In this document: one piece after another, positions 1-14,075 of the stretch
Layout of the letters: each line of letters opens with the position of its first letter
How positions within the stretch are numbered: the stretch's first letter is position 1
Assembly (NCBI GenBank): GCA_012295275.1
Contig: CM022670.1
Span: forward strand, 19,840,001 to 19,904,000
DNA length: 64,000 nucleotides
From: Chrysomallon squamiferum
Taxonomy: Eukaryota > Animalia > Mollusca
Reading direction: 5' to 3'
Position numbers and translations under genes: made by a program
The notes under the pieces: model-generated
The model's database searches: none
What the model was told of the DNA's origin: nothing
The model's input: only the letters and a program-made list of their open reading frames with translations

Positions 1-159
1 TTTTTTTACATTTTAATTTAATTTAATTTTTATTTATTTATTTATTTTATTTTATTTTATTTCATTTATTTAACATTTTAATTTATTTATTTTTATTTAT
101 TTAATATTTATTAGTTATTTATTTATTTATTTAATTATTTCGTTTTATTTTTCTATTAT

Positions 160-212
<53 letters not shown>

Positions 213-3200
213 TTTAAGAAGAAAAAACCAGTCTATGGTGTGGTTCATTTAACACACAGATGTCTAACAATTTACTAAATTAATAAATAACAATCGAAGT
301 AATAACTTGGTATTAGCTACGGGCTTCTCGACAATTATTAAACCTGCCGAACATACGCCTTAGATACATGCCCAGCGCATATTAGCAATAAAACCACATA
401 TCGTAAGATAACAATAAGTGGGCGTGGCGATTTGGCCAGGTAGAAAACGGAAATAAAACGCTGTTAACGCAGGGAAGTTAATGGAGCGTAATATTAATCT
501 CATGGAAAGTCATTTCACAGTGGGAATCCACACAAGTAGAGAAAGCGTGGCTTTGAATATTGCACAGAAAATGATCAAGTCGAAGGAAAGTGGAGTGAAG
601 AGGTTTAATCTGACAGCTTGAAAATAAAAATCCTTTTCATCTGCTGAGCATTGGCACACCTGGTAAATGTAGCCAGTACGGCCGGTTCACGACAGATATA
701 AACCTGGCTTTATTGTCGTCTTCAAAAGCTGTTTCTTTCTCAAAATTTGCATGCAGAATATTGAAAAGTGTTCGATAAACTTTGCGAACGAAATGATTGT
801 GTTCGATATAAAGGAAGATGAAATAAAGAACAAAACGAAAGGTTCCATGAGCCAAGTAAATCACGCTCATGGTAATTAAATTCAGTTTAGAGTAAGATAA
901 ACGATTAAATGACTGCCATTTCGATTGACGTCCAGTGATTTATGCAGCCAGATATTTTATTATCTTCAGAACTCACTACATACTGATGAGTCGCCAGTGG
1001 GGACCCCGACAACGAGGGACAATTGCGAACAAAAACCAGTCGTTAAATTGGTGGGGAGCTTCCAAAACTTGGTCTTTTCAGAGCCCGTAAACACACAGAA
1101 GGTGCCATCTAAAAGGCGTAGTGCAAGTTGTCTGTTCATGCTATTGACTCGTTTCGAGATGGCTTTTCAAAGTCAACAATGAATTATGTTCTCTTCAAAG
1201 CAGACTGGATGTCTTGTTGAATCTCAGAAAACCACCTTGCATTGATATTTGTTGATTCAATTGACTGCATTTCTGTGCCTCTTAAATTATGATATGGTTA
1301 AGTTGCTTGACGAGGTAGTTCTTAATATAATCATGACTGTATATGAAAAAAACTAACCAGTTCCCCGCCTGACCGTCGTATGTTTGGATGTATGTTCGTG
1401 TGTATGTGTATATATATGTATGTACATATTAAAGTTAGTGTGTGAATTAGTATGTGTGAATATATATGTGTGCGTATATTTTATGTACTTGCATGTGTGT
1501 GTGTTTGTGTGTATATACATATATATATGTCTGTGTAGGTGTGGATGTATATGTTTATATGTATACGTGAAGATATATAAAATATACATTTTGTTTCTAA
1601 TCACGTATTTATTCAAGAATAGATACGAAGAACTGACTGTACCTCCAGTAAGAGCAATGAAACACGTTGTATTTTTTAAATTTAAAATGAAATTTGTTGT
1701 CTTTTTTGTTTATATGGACGCTTCAGAGAAGTGTCTTTACTAATGAAATTATGTCAAATAATGTTAATTTTAAAGAGCTTTCTTAATTTATTATAATTTT
1801 TTTTTTTTTTTTTTTTTTTTTTATCCATTTTTCTGAAATAATTATTAAAATAACCGGCATTTCCGAATGGAAACAACCAAGTGTTGAATAATTGATTGTG
1901 TGATAAGAGACGACGGCGTAAAATTAAACTGTTACGTGTTGATTTGATCCGGAGGGTTTAATCCGACAGATGTTTCTGAGGTCAGCGCGCAACCCTCGTC
2001 AAAGCGAAAAGAAAGAACAGGTAACCGAAGCGGCCTACGACCACCATCCCAATGAAATATTGGCACCCTGCGCTTGTGCAATAAATATTTCACACATATT
2101 TACATCCATTGTGGCGTGCCAGTTTCAACTACATTTCACGTAACACCAGTGACAAGCCGATAAACGTGACGTTGATGGGTTTAACAATACCGGGCTCTGT
2201 AAAAACAGCGGATTCTGATATGCCGTTTGCAACACCAGTGTCTGTATCCGCATTAATAAAGAACCATTCTCGTTGTGCACAGCTACAGGAGGGCTGAAAT
2301 GAGATTCGTATTTTTATTTTATATGGTGGGAAAATAAAGGGGGAAGATCTTATGTCTGAAAAGGCGGTGGCATGGCATTTATAATGTAATCATAACTAAT
2401 TGTGTTATTATAATGAACATTATAATAATGATGCTTATAATAATTATTATTTATAATAATAACAACAAATACAACAAAAGCAATAATTATTAACAATAAT
2501 TCGAAGAAGAAAATTGAAAAGACACCTTTATAGGTAAATGACTTTCAATTTTCTTTTCTACATAAAAAAAAAATTAACTTTAAAAAAACCCAAAAAACAA
2601 AACAAATGTAAACTAAATATACTTTAGCAAAATAGCATTTAATTAAATTTTTAATAGAAATTATTTTTCAAAATAACATTTTGAAAAGTGTAAACTAAAT
2701 ACACTTTTGCAACATAACGTTTTATTAACTTTTTAATAATAAAAATATAATAATAATTTAAATCTGTCTCATACTTTGTAAAATTTAATTTAAATAACAA
2801 AATAACAAATGAAGTATACAGTTATTATTTTTTAGATTCGAAAATTCGAAGTTTTAAAGAATAAATATAAAATAAATAAAATATTAAATATGGAATAATA
2901 ATAATTATAATTATAACAGCTATAATAAACAGTGAATAAATTAAAATATTATAAATAATATTAAATATAAGTAAATACGTGAAACAAAATTTGTATTTTC
3001 TCATCAAAAAATATTTATAAAGTTTGTATTTCAAACAAATTGTAACATTTAAAAAAAAAATTATCTAAGTTATTTGATACAGCTGTCTATTTGTTCAGTT
3101 ATTTGTTTTTTTGTTTATTTATATTCTGAGATAAAATAAAATACTGTAATTTATAATTTTCATAACTATCATCATCACCATCACCGTCATATTTCCCATT

Positions 3201-3214
3201 TTCAGCAGCATCAG

Positions 3215-3248
<34 letters not shown>

Positions 3249-6200
3249 ATAATTATTATCATTATTATTATTGTTGTTGTTGTTGTTGTTGTTACTATTA
3301 TTTACAGAAAGATTAAGCTCGATATATCATCATATTAATGTTATATATTTATTCAACTTTTGTTAGTGATTTTTGAAACAGACACAGTTGACATAACTAA
3401 GACAAATATTACGAAAGTAAATTTAACATATTGAACTTAATGTGTCTGAGATGATTTTACCGCAGAACACGTATGGTCAGCATCTATCCAATAAATTAAT
3501 GAACGAAACTGTTATCTAAAACTTATGTGTTTTATAATTAATTTTATAGTCATAATGTATGTCACACAATGCCACTGCTAGAACAGCCGTTGTAGATGTA
3601 CTTGTAACCAGCGGTCTGCCACCAGTCTATTATACTGTACGTGAAGCTTGCTGCAGTTATATAAAATGTTTACATATTTTACCAAGTTCATCTCTACCCG
3701 GACAATTTAGAGAAATGAAATTTCGTATTATAAAACATACCTTGATGCAGATTTCTAGCTATGTGGAAATGAAAAATAATATACATAAACTTAGCTTTTA
3801 TAATTTATTACTGCTGCAACGAATAATTACTTTTGAAACTGCTTTACGAAATTCATTTTCAGTTAGTTTATTTATTTATTTATTTATTAAATAATGTAAT
3901 AAAATAATAGTGTACATTAACGTTTTTATTTATTTACAGATTTTATTATCATTATAACAATTACATACGTTACATACAAATATTATTATTATTATTATTA
4001 ATATTATTATTATTATTATTACTATTATTATTATTAGATAGGAAGCTTTAATTATAATATTTAAAAAATATGAATGACGTTTTTGACTAATAATATTAAA
4101 GGTAACTTGTGCTGTATATAAGAGAGACTCTTCATTTCTTTCCTTTCTCTCTTTTAATCTTTATCTTTTACAGTATTTTTCAAAGAGTACATACTCCACA
4201 CCTCAGCAAAACTGAGGCACGTGCGTCCAAAACAGAACTTCTCGCTGTCAGTAATTTAATTTAAATGAACATTAAAGTCACGGATTGCATAAACCAAACG
4301 CAATATGACATTGTTGGAGAGATCACGGGGATTAAGAAAGCAATTCACACAGCCATGGATTCGAGATAAGTAGAAACAGAAAATTAAACTAGAATCGTTT
4401 CGAATCGCGCGGAATGTTGATTTGGTAAGCGTTTCATTGTTAACGCAACAACGTTACAACGGCCGCTATACGCAGAGACAGAGAAAGTCTTAGCGAACGA
4501 CCGAGTTGCTCGCAAATCAAGCGGACGGTTGACAGTCCTCGAGAAAAGCTGATAACAATGGCTGAAGTAAGGGATCAGGTAGTTAATCCCCACAAAAACA
4601 GGTGTCCTATGATTTACCCGAGTAAACAGTTCAAATAATGTGAGAGCTAAACGAGGGATCACTCCATTTTCAAAATTAGTTTTTACAGGTGTTTTCATTC
4701 TCCCGTCTTTCTTTTAAATTGTTTTCCTCTTTCTTTTTGTTACTGTATTTTTATTATCATCGTCACCACCATCATCTTCATCATCATGATTATGACAAGT
4801 TTTAATATTCATATTCGTAACGTAATACTAACAGTTCAGTGGTAGCAATAGTCAGTTGGTTTGTTTTTTGCTATCTTTATTAAAATTATTATTTAAATTA
4901 TGTTTTAATATGACTATGGACTATATAAACGAAGAGAAGAAGATGAACTAGTAATATATATGTAATGTCCCACTCTCTGGGCTTTTTTCTTTCTGTTTCA
5001 CTCCCCATCCATTCATCATTTGTACACATAAATGTATACCACAAATAAAATAATTAATAAATTAACTTAAAATGTTAATGAATTTCTTTTTGTGATGAAA
5101 TGGCCAATTAAAAAGCTTTAAGCATGTTTTTTTTTTAAATTTTTTAATTTATATATTTTTTATTATTAATTTACTTATTTTATTTCAGTTTTTATTTATT
5201 TATTTATTTATTTAATATAGCTTAAAATGTTTTGGATTTTATTAGTCTTATATAAAACGGATTTGAAATAATACACATATTATTCTTATTAGATATTTAT
5301 GTATTCATTCATTTTGTTTATTATGATCAAAATAAATTGCTATTTTTATTATTTTGTTGTCACCATTGTCATTGTCATCATCATCATCATCATCATCATT
5401 ATTATTATTATTATTATTGTCATCATTACATTATTATTATTATTCAATTTTGTTTCGTTTTTGAAATATTTTTATATTACTATAGAAATAGACATATAAT
5501 TAATTATTAATAAAACAATACGAGGAGAGTATGAAACTAATTTCTTTGAAATTGTTTCTAATATTATAAATACCTAAATGCAATTATTATAAAAGATAAA
5601 AAGTACTTACACATAATTAGGTAATTTTAAATCTAATTTCCTTATCGAATAGTGTGAGAAACAAAATGAAAGTTTCTTCATAAATATTATGATAAATATG
5701 TTATACTGATGTATTTTTAAGAAAAAAATAAATAAAAAATAACATCTGTTTTGAAAAAGAAAATGTATCTTTGTTTTTAAATTTCTGTTACACCTGCTAG
5801 GCGCGTTTAAAATTTCTGGCAGACGTTTGTGTTAGTAACGTCATAAGACTGACTGGGTGGTCCTGGGATTAATAGAACAATACAGTAAGCGGTACGTGAA
5901 AAGGTGCCAGTTAAAGGAATGTAATATAATTATAGAGATATGGTGTTGTTAACTCGATAAAGTTCCACTATTCTCATTTGAGAAAATAGAGAAGAAAAAA
6001 ATAATTAAAAATTAAAAAATATATATAGAAAAATAAATATCCTATACGGATTCACTGCGTGTTGCTTTCTAATTTATTTATTTATTTATTTATTTATTTA
6101 TCATAAATTTCATATATTACTGAAAATGATAATTTTTTATTAATAGCATTGCTTTTTGTTCTTCATGTTCTTGAATGAAGTGGCTTTTTTCTTTTGCTTT

Positions 6201-6517
6201 TTATTTATATATGAAATCTTCGATTTTTTTTTTTAAAAAAAAAATTTCGATAATAACACTCTAATAAATATTAATAGTAGAATTTGTAATTTTAACAAAC
6301 TGATGAAAAATATTCAAAATTCACTTTAAAAAATGAAATAGGATAATTTAAAAATAATAATAATAATAATGTAAATAAACAAATAAAATAAAGTTTATAA
6401 AATTAAGTTGAAAAAATAGCATACAAATGTTTTTTCTACAACAACAAAAAACCCTGTTCTTCCTTTCATTAATGGTTTGCCTTAAGCAATAAATTCTCTT
6501 AAACTTTTTATTCTGAG

Positions 6518-6549
<32 letters not shown>

Positions 6550-9500
6550 AAAGAAAAAGAATGAAATAGAGAAAAGAAGAAGAATAAAGAAACAAGAAAA
6601 GAAAAAATAATAACTAAATTTAATTAAAAACATAAATACATTAATTAATACACTGAAGAAAGGAAAATATATAAAAACGTCATAAAAGTAAAAAAAATAA
6701 TAATAGAAAAAAAATATATTAATAAAATAAAGAAAAATGTAGAGATTTACAAAAAGAACATTAACAGAAGGTCCGACTGAGCTGCTAGTATCAGAGAATT
6801 TGCATTACTTGAATAATGAGACAGCACTGTATCGGGTTAAGTCGGTAGTTTCATTGCTTGACAAGCAAATACCCGAGTCGTGTTAAAATATATATTCTAA
6901 CACAACGCCACCTCGCTGCACCTGGCCTGGGATATCGAATAGCTTTATCCCAAGGTAAATGGGCCTCTTGTTCGACAAGACAAACGACCGCATGACCAGT
7001 CGATCTTGACAGCTTGATCCCAGTTTAAATTCATATTCCCTGTAGATGGCGCTGTAATCCCACCTTGAAAACCGGAGTGTTCGTTACGACTGAGTTAATG
7101 TGCAATACAAATAGCAGACGACAAGCATGATCTTAGGGCCATGCTGAGAAGCAAACACGAACAGAAACTGGCTTGAAGTACTGGTGACGTTTCCAGTGCA
7201 TGTTCTAATGGCAGAAGTCGTGGATCAGGATGATTTTTCCTCCGTTGTCTCAAAAACCTAAACAACAACAACAACAACAATGATGATAAATCAAATAATA
7301 TAATAATTATAAAGAATGAGAGAAAAAAAAGTCGTTGTCTCTGCATTATTATTTATTAAAAAGTAATGTTTAATTATTTTTATTTTGGAGAGAGAGGGGG
7401 GAAAAAAGATCGGTAAATAAAAATGAATATTTGTAATTAATATCATAATATTAATATATTAAAGTAGAACAAATAGTAATTAACTGAATAAAAATTGTGA
7501 CTCATTTCTGAGTTGTATATTAAATATATAAAACTTTTCTAAAATTAAATTTAAAACAAAGAATTGAATGACTGTTAACTTTTTCTATATACATATATAA
7601 GGCATTTAAAATTAAGAGGGAAAAAAGCTTACAAAATAAAATAAAACAGCGAACAAAAAACAAAATAAAAAATAAATAAATGGATTAAAACAAAAATCTA
7701 CAGAGCAAAATTCCTACTTGATTCATTGCGCAAAAAATAATTTTAAAAAGTTTTAAAACAGCCAGATTTACAAAATAATTAATGAAGAATAATTAAATCA
7801 TGGATTAGGAGAGCTCGATAGGCGTATAAAAATCGAAAATAGCAAAAAAGAGAGCAAACAAGAAAGAAAATGAAAACAAAGAAAGACAGAAAGAAAGAAA
7901 ATGTAAAAAATAATATCAATAAAGTTACAAAAATGAAGTTAAAAAATAAACTAAATTTAGGAAACAAATGTATGAAAAAAACAATTAGACAAAAAGAATG
8001 TCTTTTAGTCAAATAAATATATGGACAGATTCGATGACGAAACGACATATATCGGAGCGAAAGTGACAAACACACAGAGCAGTTAATTTTTAGTTCACTT
8101 GTCTTGGTGTTTCGTAAGAAAGTAACAGTGATTTATGTCTGGTAAATCACCTGGAAAGTTTAATACAGGTACGTGTAGCGTCTTTGAAGTCCTTAAGCTT
8201 CGAACACAAACTGGATTAACTTTTAAGTGCACACTGCTGCAAATAAGACATATTCAAATCAAGACGTAACACACGTATAATGTAAACATGAAGGTGCGAA
8301 TTGTTTGCAGACTTGAGGATTAGGATTCCGATAATACGAGCGCTTCGAAAACACGTGCGAACCCGTCTGTAAGATGTCAGCGGTGCTTTAAATAAAACCC
8401 AGAAAAAAACTCGCACCTCGGTGTAAATCTCGGAAATATGTTGACTTTTACAGAAATGTCGAAGTCGCGTTTCAGTTTACAAAGTTATAAGCATAATTTC
8501 TGCGTTGAAAGACTTGGGCGAGATAAAAACGAATATTTAAAGAAAAGAAGGAAAGAGAATGTCAACCAAAATTGCATTTCCGTTTTAAGCACAATTTGTT
8601 CTTCATTCTCATTTTTACATCGTATCCAGTATTAGACAAATCTAAGATTTTTTTTCTTTCTTTTAATATATATATTTTTAATATTTTTATTTTTTATTTT
8701 TTATTTTATAAAATAATTTTTATAAAATTGTGCAAATTATCAGTTACTAATAGTAGGCCTACACACTAATAAATTATAAAAGTTTTTAAAACATCCCTAA
8801 CAATCTGACGCACAGTCTGATACAGTGTTACCTTTTCGAATTTTATTGAAACAGGAAGGAAAGGCAGAGTAACAAAGCGTTTACATTTGCTTTTAACTTT
8901 CCAAACACTAATTTTTAAAATTTGTTTTGTGAAATTTGATAGTAAAGAAGATCTGTCTTAACATTCTCTCTCTCTCTGGTTTCAGTTTGTCTTATACAAA
9001 AATGAATACAGTTTAATTGAGATCTTTTAAGAATTATGTTCCAGAGCATCTTCTACATCAACATTTAAGGAATATGAATTACTTTATAATGTACAAAAGA
9101 CATTAAAAAAACGAACAAAATAAACCCTAACACAAAACACAAAACAAAAACAAAACAACACAACACTGTAATTGTATACTTTTTAATGGTTTACTTTACA
9201 ATATATGGAAATTCGTAGACCATAAACACTGTCAACATTCGTCAAGAACCTGTAAAGGTAGGGTTAAAACAAAATTTGATGCTACGGCTAAATTTTCTTT
9301 ATTCTGTTTCAAGGTGAGAGAGATGCCCGTAAAATGCATTTTACAGAAATAAATATGTAAAGATATTATCTGTATCTATATAATTTAGTTTAGAATTTCT
9401 CGTTATAAATATTCCTGTCATTTAAAAATATATGTAAATAGTGCTTGACTGGCTCGCCCGTTTTGCTATTCCGCTTTTAAATAAAATTATTTTTAAGATG

Positions 9501-9944
9501 GAATTATAATTCACACTGCTTAGTTCTGTGCGTATTTTTTGCGATAAATGTTTGATAAAAATAACTATTTTTTTTTGTTGTTGTTGTTGTTGTTGGTTTT
9601 TTTTTTTCGTGGGGGTTGGTGAAATTTGATAGTAAAATAGATCTGACTTATTTTTTTAATTTATTTATTTATTTATTTATAAAATATAAAAACTAAATTA
9701 TATATCTGAACTTTCAAAAACAAACAAAAAAGACTGTAAAACGTAATTTAATTTATTAATTAATTAATATTATTGAAATTTTTCCACATGTTCCTCTTCT
9801 TATTTATATGTCACTAGAATATTTGACTTATAAATGAAATTGAAATTATTATTTTTTGTTCGGGTGCTGTCTCGATAAAATGCGCGAGTGTTTGGGACAC
9901 CAAACAAGATCCATTTTTAAACGAATTTTAAAGAGAATACCGAC

Positions 9945-10681
9945 AATTATTAATTTTCTGGGATTTTGTTATTAAACATATATTTACAGTTTATATTCAT
10001 CAAAATATTAATTCTTCTACTCGTAAAGTTATAATTTTCTGATATTTTGTCATTAAATATATAATTTATTTACATATATATTCATCAAAATATTGAATAA
10101 TGTTGAATTCTTCTACCCGAAGATTTATAATTTTTTGATATTTTGTCATAAATATACATTAACAGTTAATATTCATCAAAATATTAAATAATGTTTAATT
10201 CGTCTACCCGTAGACATGCAATATTCTGGTATTTTGTTAATAATTAAATAAATAAATAAATAATGTAAACTAAAATGCACTGCATAAATAAAAACAGTTA
10301 ATAATTTTTTGATATTTTGTCATAAATATACATTAACAGTTAATATTCATCAAAATATTAAATAATGTTTAATTCGTCTACCCGTAGACATGCAATATTC
10401 TGGTATTTTGTTAATAATTAAGTTAATAAATAAATAAATAAATAATGTAAACTAAAATGCACTGCATAAATAAAAACAGTTAATAATTTTTTGATATTTT
10501 GTCATAAATATACATTAACAGTTAATATTCATCAAAATATTAAATAATGTTTATAAATTCGTAAACTAAAATGCACTCTAAATAAAAACAGACATAATTT
10601 TGCAATATTTTGATATTTTGTTAGTTAATATTCATATTTTAATGTTTAATTGGTCTACCCGTAGACAAATATATATATATA

Positions 10682-10720
<39 letters not shown>

Positions 10721-10770
10721 TTACAGTTTATATTCATCAAAACACTAAATAGCGTTTAATTCTTCTAATT
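9945..10770. repeat. Degenerate AT-rich tandem array: ~85-90-bp subunits with a near-identical ~175-180-bp higher-order duplication
   Basis: ATATTCATCAAAATATT recurs near 9993, 10078, 10169, 10343 and 10525, with a variant near 10730. The blocks at ~10127-10300 and ~10301-10480 are almost identical. Confidence 0.85.
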
Positions 10771-11153
10771 ATTACAATCTGTGTTTTGTATATTTTTAAA
10801 TCTTCGGTGTTCGAGAAAAATTCCCTGCTGTAGAAATTCTGTATCGTCTCCTTAAATATATACAAAAGTTCTGAGCTTTTTTTAATGATATTTTACAGCT
10901 TTTCTGTTTTAATAATTGCGTTAACAATAAAATGTAGAGCAAACATTATTTTAAAGACTTTATTTATATATGTGACAATTTTTAATGAACGTTTTTCAAT
11001 ACATGTTATTTTATTAGATTTTATAAATAATGATATGCGTTTCTATCAATATGTAGCCTTTGTGATTACATCTTGGTTTGTCTCTAAGTATATCTGCGTT
11101 TTTTGTTTTTATTTATTTATTTTATAGTTTAATTCAAAAGGCGTATTTGTGCG

Positions 11154-11188
<35 letters not shown>

Positions 11189-11974
11189 TTAGTCGTATTT
11201 CGAGTGAACAAATAAATAAATGTGAGTACAAGATATTTGTTTATTAGTGTGAGTATTTATTTATTTATTTGTTTGTTTGTTTGTTCATTTATTGATTTAT
11301 TGATTTATTTACTGTGATTGCATAAGTAATGGTTAACAGCTGCTTATAAATGAAAATAAAATGTATTGTTGTTTACAAAAGGAACTTTTTGAACAGAGCC
11401 ATACTGCTTTTAAAAGAAAATTATCTTACTATCATGACTCTTTGTTAAATTATTATGATCATTGTACACTTATTTATTTATTTATTCATTCATTCATTTA
11501 TTGAATCATTTATTTATTTATTTACTTATTTATTAACTTATTTTATTTTATTTTATTAAATTAAATGATTATCTATTATTTTAGTTTATTTATTTATTTA
11601 TTTATTTATTAATTTATTTAATTATTTATTTCTAATCAGTTGTTTAAAAACTTAAATAAACAGAAAGGTTTATTATTTACAATTTATAAAGAATTTTAAC
11701 AGAATAAATAATAATGTAGTTAACTAACTAACAAACTAAATAAATATAAATAAATAAATAAATAATTAAGTAAAATAAATAAAAATAAATAAATAAATAA
11801 ATAAAATATGTAAACTAAAATGCACTGCATAAATAAAAAATGTAATTAATTCAAAATCACAATATATAGAGAAAATTAATTCTTAATATCGTACAGAATA
11901 ATAAAATGACGAATAATTTTTTTTATAAACATTAAATACATTATAATGATCATTGTTTTCTTTTTCTTTTATCA

Positions 11975-12016
<42 letters not shown>

Positions 12017-13993
12017 TTTTTGTTTGTTTTTACCCTTAAATTTGTAAAGTGAGGCAACAGACAAAGAATTTCAATTAAAACATGTTCTTCAAAGAGAAGT
12101 AGTGAATGAAATTTTTAGATTTTTTTTTTTTTTTTTTTTCATTTTTTGTTCTTTTCTTGACTTTTCTGTCTTTTTTAACATAGAAAATATCTGGTTTCGT
12201 TTATTGATGAAAAACATAAATTTAAAAATAAAAAAAATATATTCAGCACGACTGCTTTGATAAATGATGCTGAACGGGGGTTAAGCATATAAACATTCCA
12301 CAAAGGCGAAGGTGTGTAAAATTTTCACTTTAGCAACCCCACGAAACACTTTTTTTTTTTTAACAAGATGACCTCCCATGTAACAAACAAACAGCGGGTG
12401 TAAATGATTTTATAATCTGGAATCATCGCAGCAACCGTGTATCCCATTAGGGCCTGTTTGGATGCGAGTCTATTCAAAGCCTGTAATCTCAAGATGGTTT
12501 CAGAAATAGTTCATAAAACGCAATCACATCTTCATACAAGTAAACTTCTCAGTCGAAACTAAGCTGGCACAAAAACTGACGTACCGTGTATATATCTGAT
12601 ATGTTTTTAACTGGATACATGAGTGTGTGTTCGTAGGTGAATGAATGCATGTGAGGTACACAAAAGAGATACATTCATGAGTAACGAACTTGCGTTCGTA
12701 TGCGTTTTTGTAAAGAAAATGTTCGCATATTTATATTTTTTCGTTCATCAGCATTCAAAAGTAAATTTAGTGAACGAACAAACGATTATAACTGCAACAT
12801 ATTTATTTATTTATTAATTTATTTACGCTTTTAGCTACGTTTAAACTCCACAATTTTATTTTTATTTCGAGGTTTAATTTTGTTATAAATGAAATTAAAA
12901 TTATTTGAATTGTGTCTCTGATATAACTGTTTCCTAGATATCGTGAGTGAAAAAAAAAAAAAAAATTAAAATCAGTATAAATTAAAATAAAATTAAATTG
13001 AAAAGTATTTACTTCATGGACGAAACTTATATTTATTTATTTTATATTTATTTATCCAAATGTATAGCGCTTGTTTAAACTATTTTCGGTTGTTAATGTT
13101 TGCAGTTCGGTATTTTTTGTTTTATTTTTCAAGAGTGCAAGCTGTTTTCTTTTCTTTTATTCATTCTTTCTTTTTTTTTCTTTCTTTCGTTCTTTCTTTC
13201 TTTCATTTGTTTTAATAATTTATTTATATCAGTTTTCATTTTTAATTATACACATACTCTATCATCATATTATTATCTAGGAAGAGGTTTCCAAATAAAA
13301 CAAGACATAATTAATTAACCCACCAGTTGGTACTCAACAGGTTGGGGCGGCAAGGAGAGTATTTACGTCTACCGTTATTTTCGTTTTCCCTTTTACGCGT
13401 TTTACAAGCGGCTCGCTAACAGATTTTATTGATGAGCAATAAGCAACGAGTTTATGGAGCTGATCGGCTTTATTATCTACACTATTGTCCGCCGTAATCC
13501 AGCGCCTTTGGTCTTCCGGGCGTTTTATCGTCAATAAAACAGAGAGGCCCACAGTGAAAGGCTGTGTTATTATTTTTCACTGCACGCCAAATAACGGCCG
13601 ACTGTGAAAATACAAGCCACAATGTTAATGGTACCATTAGAGTAATTTTTGTTAGTTCTGGACTGTTACACCTATACTTGCATCTCATATAATTTTAGAG
13701 ATGTACACTCCATCGTTAACTGTAGTTAAATGTTTATTCGGCTATTATAGTGGTATGGAGAGGTTCCGTTACTTCGATACAGAGAAAGACAGATGAACGG
13801 AAGAATGGACAAAAGTTAGAGGAGGAAAATAACAGAAGAAAATGTTGAGACGGAGAAGAAGACAATGATTATAATTATCATATAATCATACTTAATAATA
13901 AATTTATGTTTTATTTACATAACTGAAACACAACTGTAAGTATCGTTAAAAAAATATAATTTAATTAATAATTTCTAAAATACTACATATAGT

Positions 13994-13997
<4 letters not shown>

Positions 13998-14072
<75 letters not shown>
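13998..14072. repeat. (GA)n microsatellite
   Basis: Perfect dinucleotide run. Confidence 0.97.

Positions 14073-14075
<3 letters not shown>

Noticed and set aside
1353-1743. ORFs 1353-1616 and 1384-1743, plus similar Cys/Val/Tyr/Phe-rich ORFs across the window
   Set aside because: They are translations of (TG)n, (TA)n, (TTTA)n and (TC)n low-complexity DNA.
4384-4698. Minus-strand ORFs in the GC-richer islands (also 637-870 and 13334-13688)
   Set aside because: No recognisable domain or consistent splice chain. They are more likely non-coding regulatory DNA.
7036-7050. CCCTGTAGAT resembles the 5' part of miR-10
   Set aside because: The match stops after ~10 nt and no complementary hairpin arm is present. 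A CTCF-like motif explains it better.
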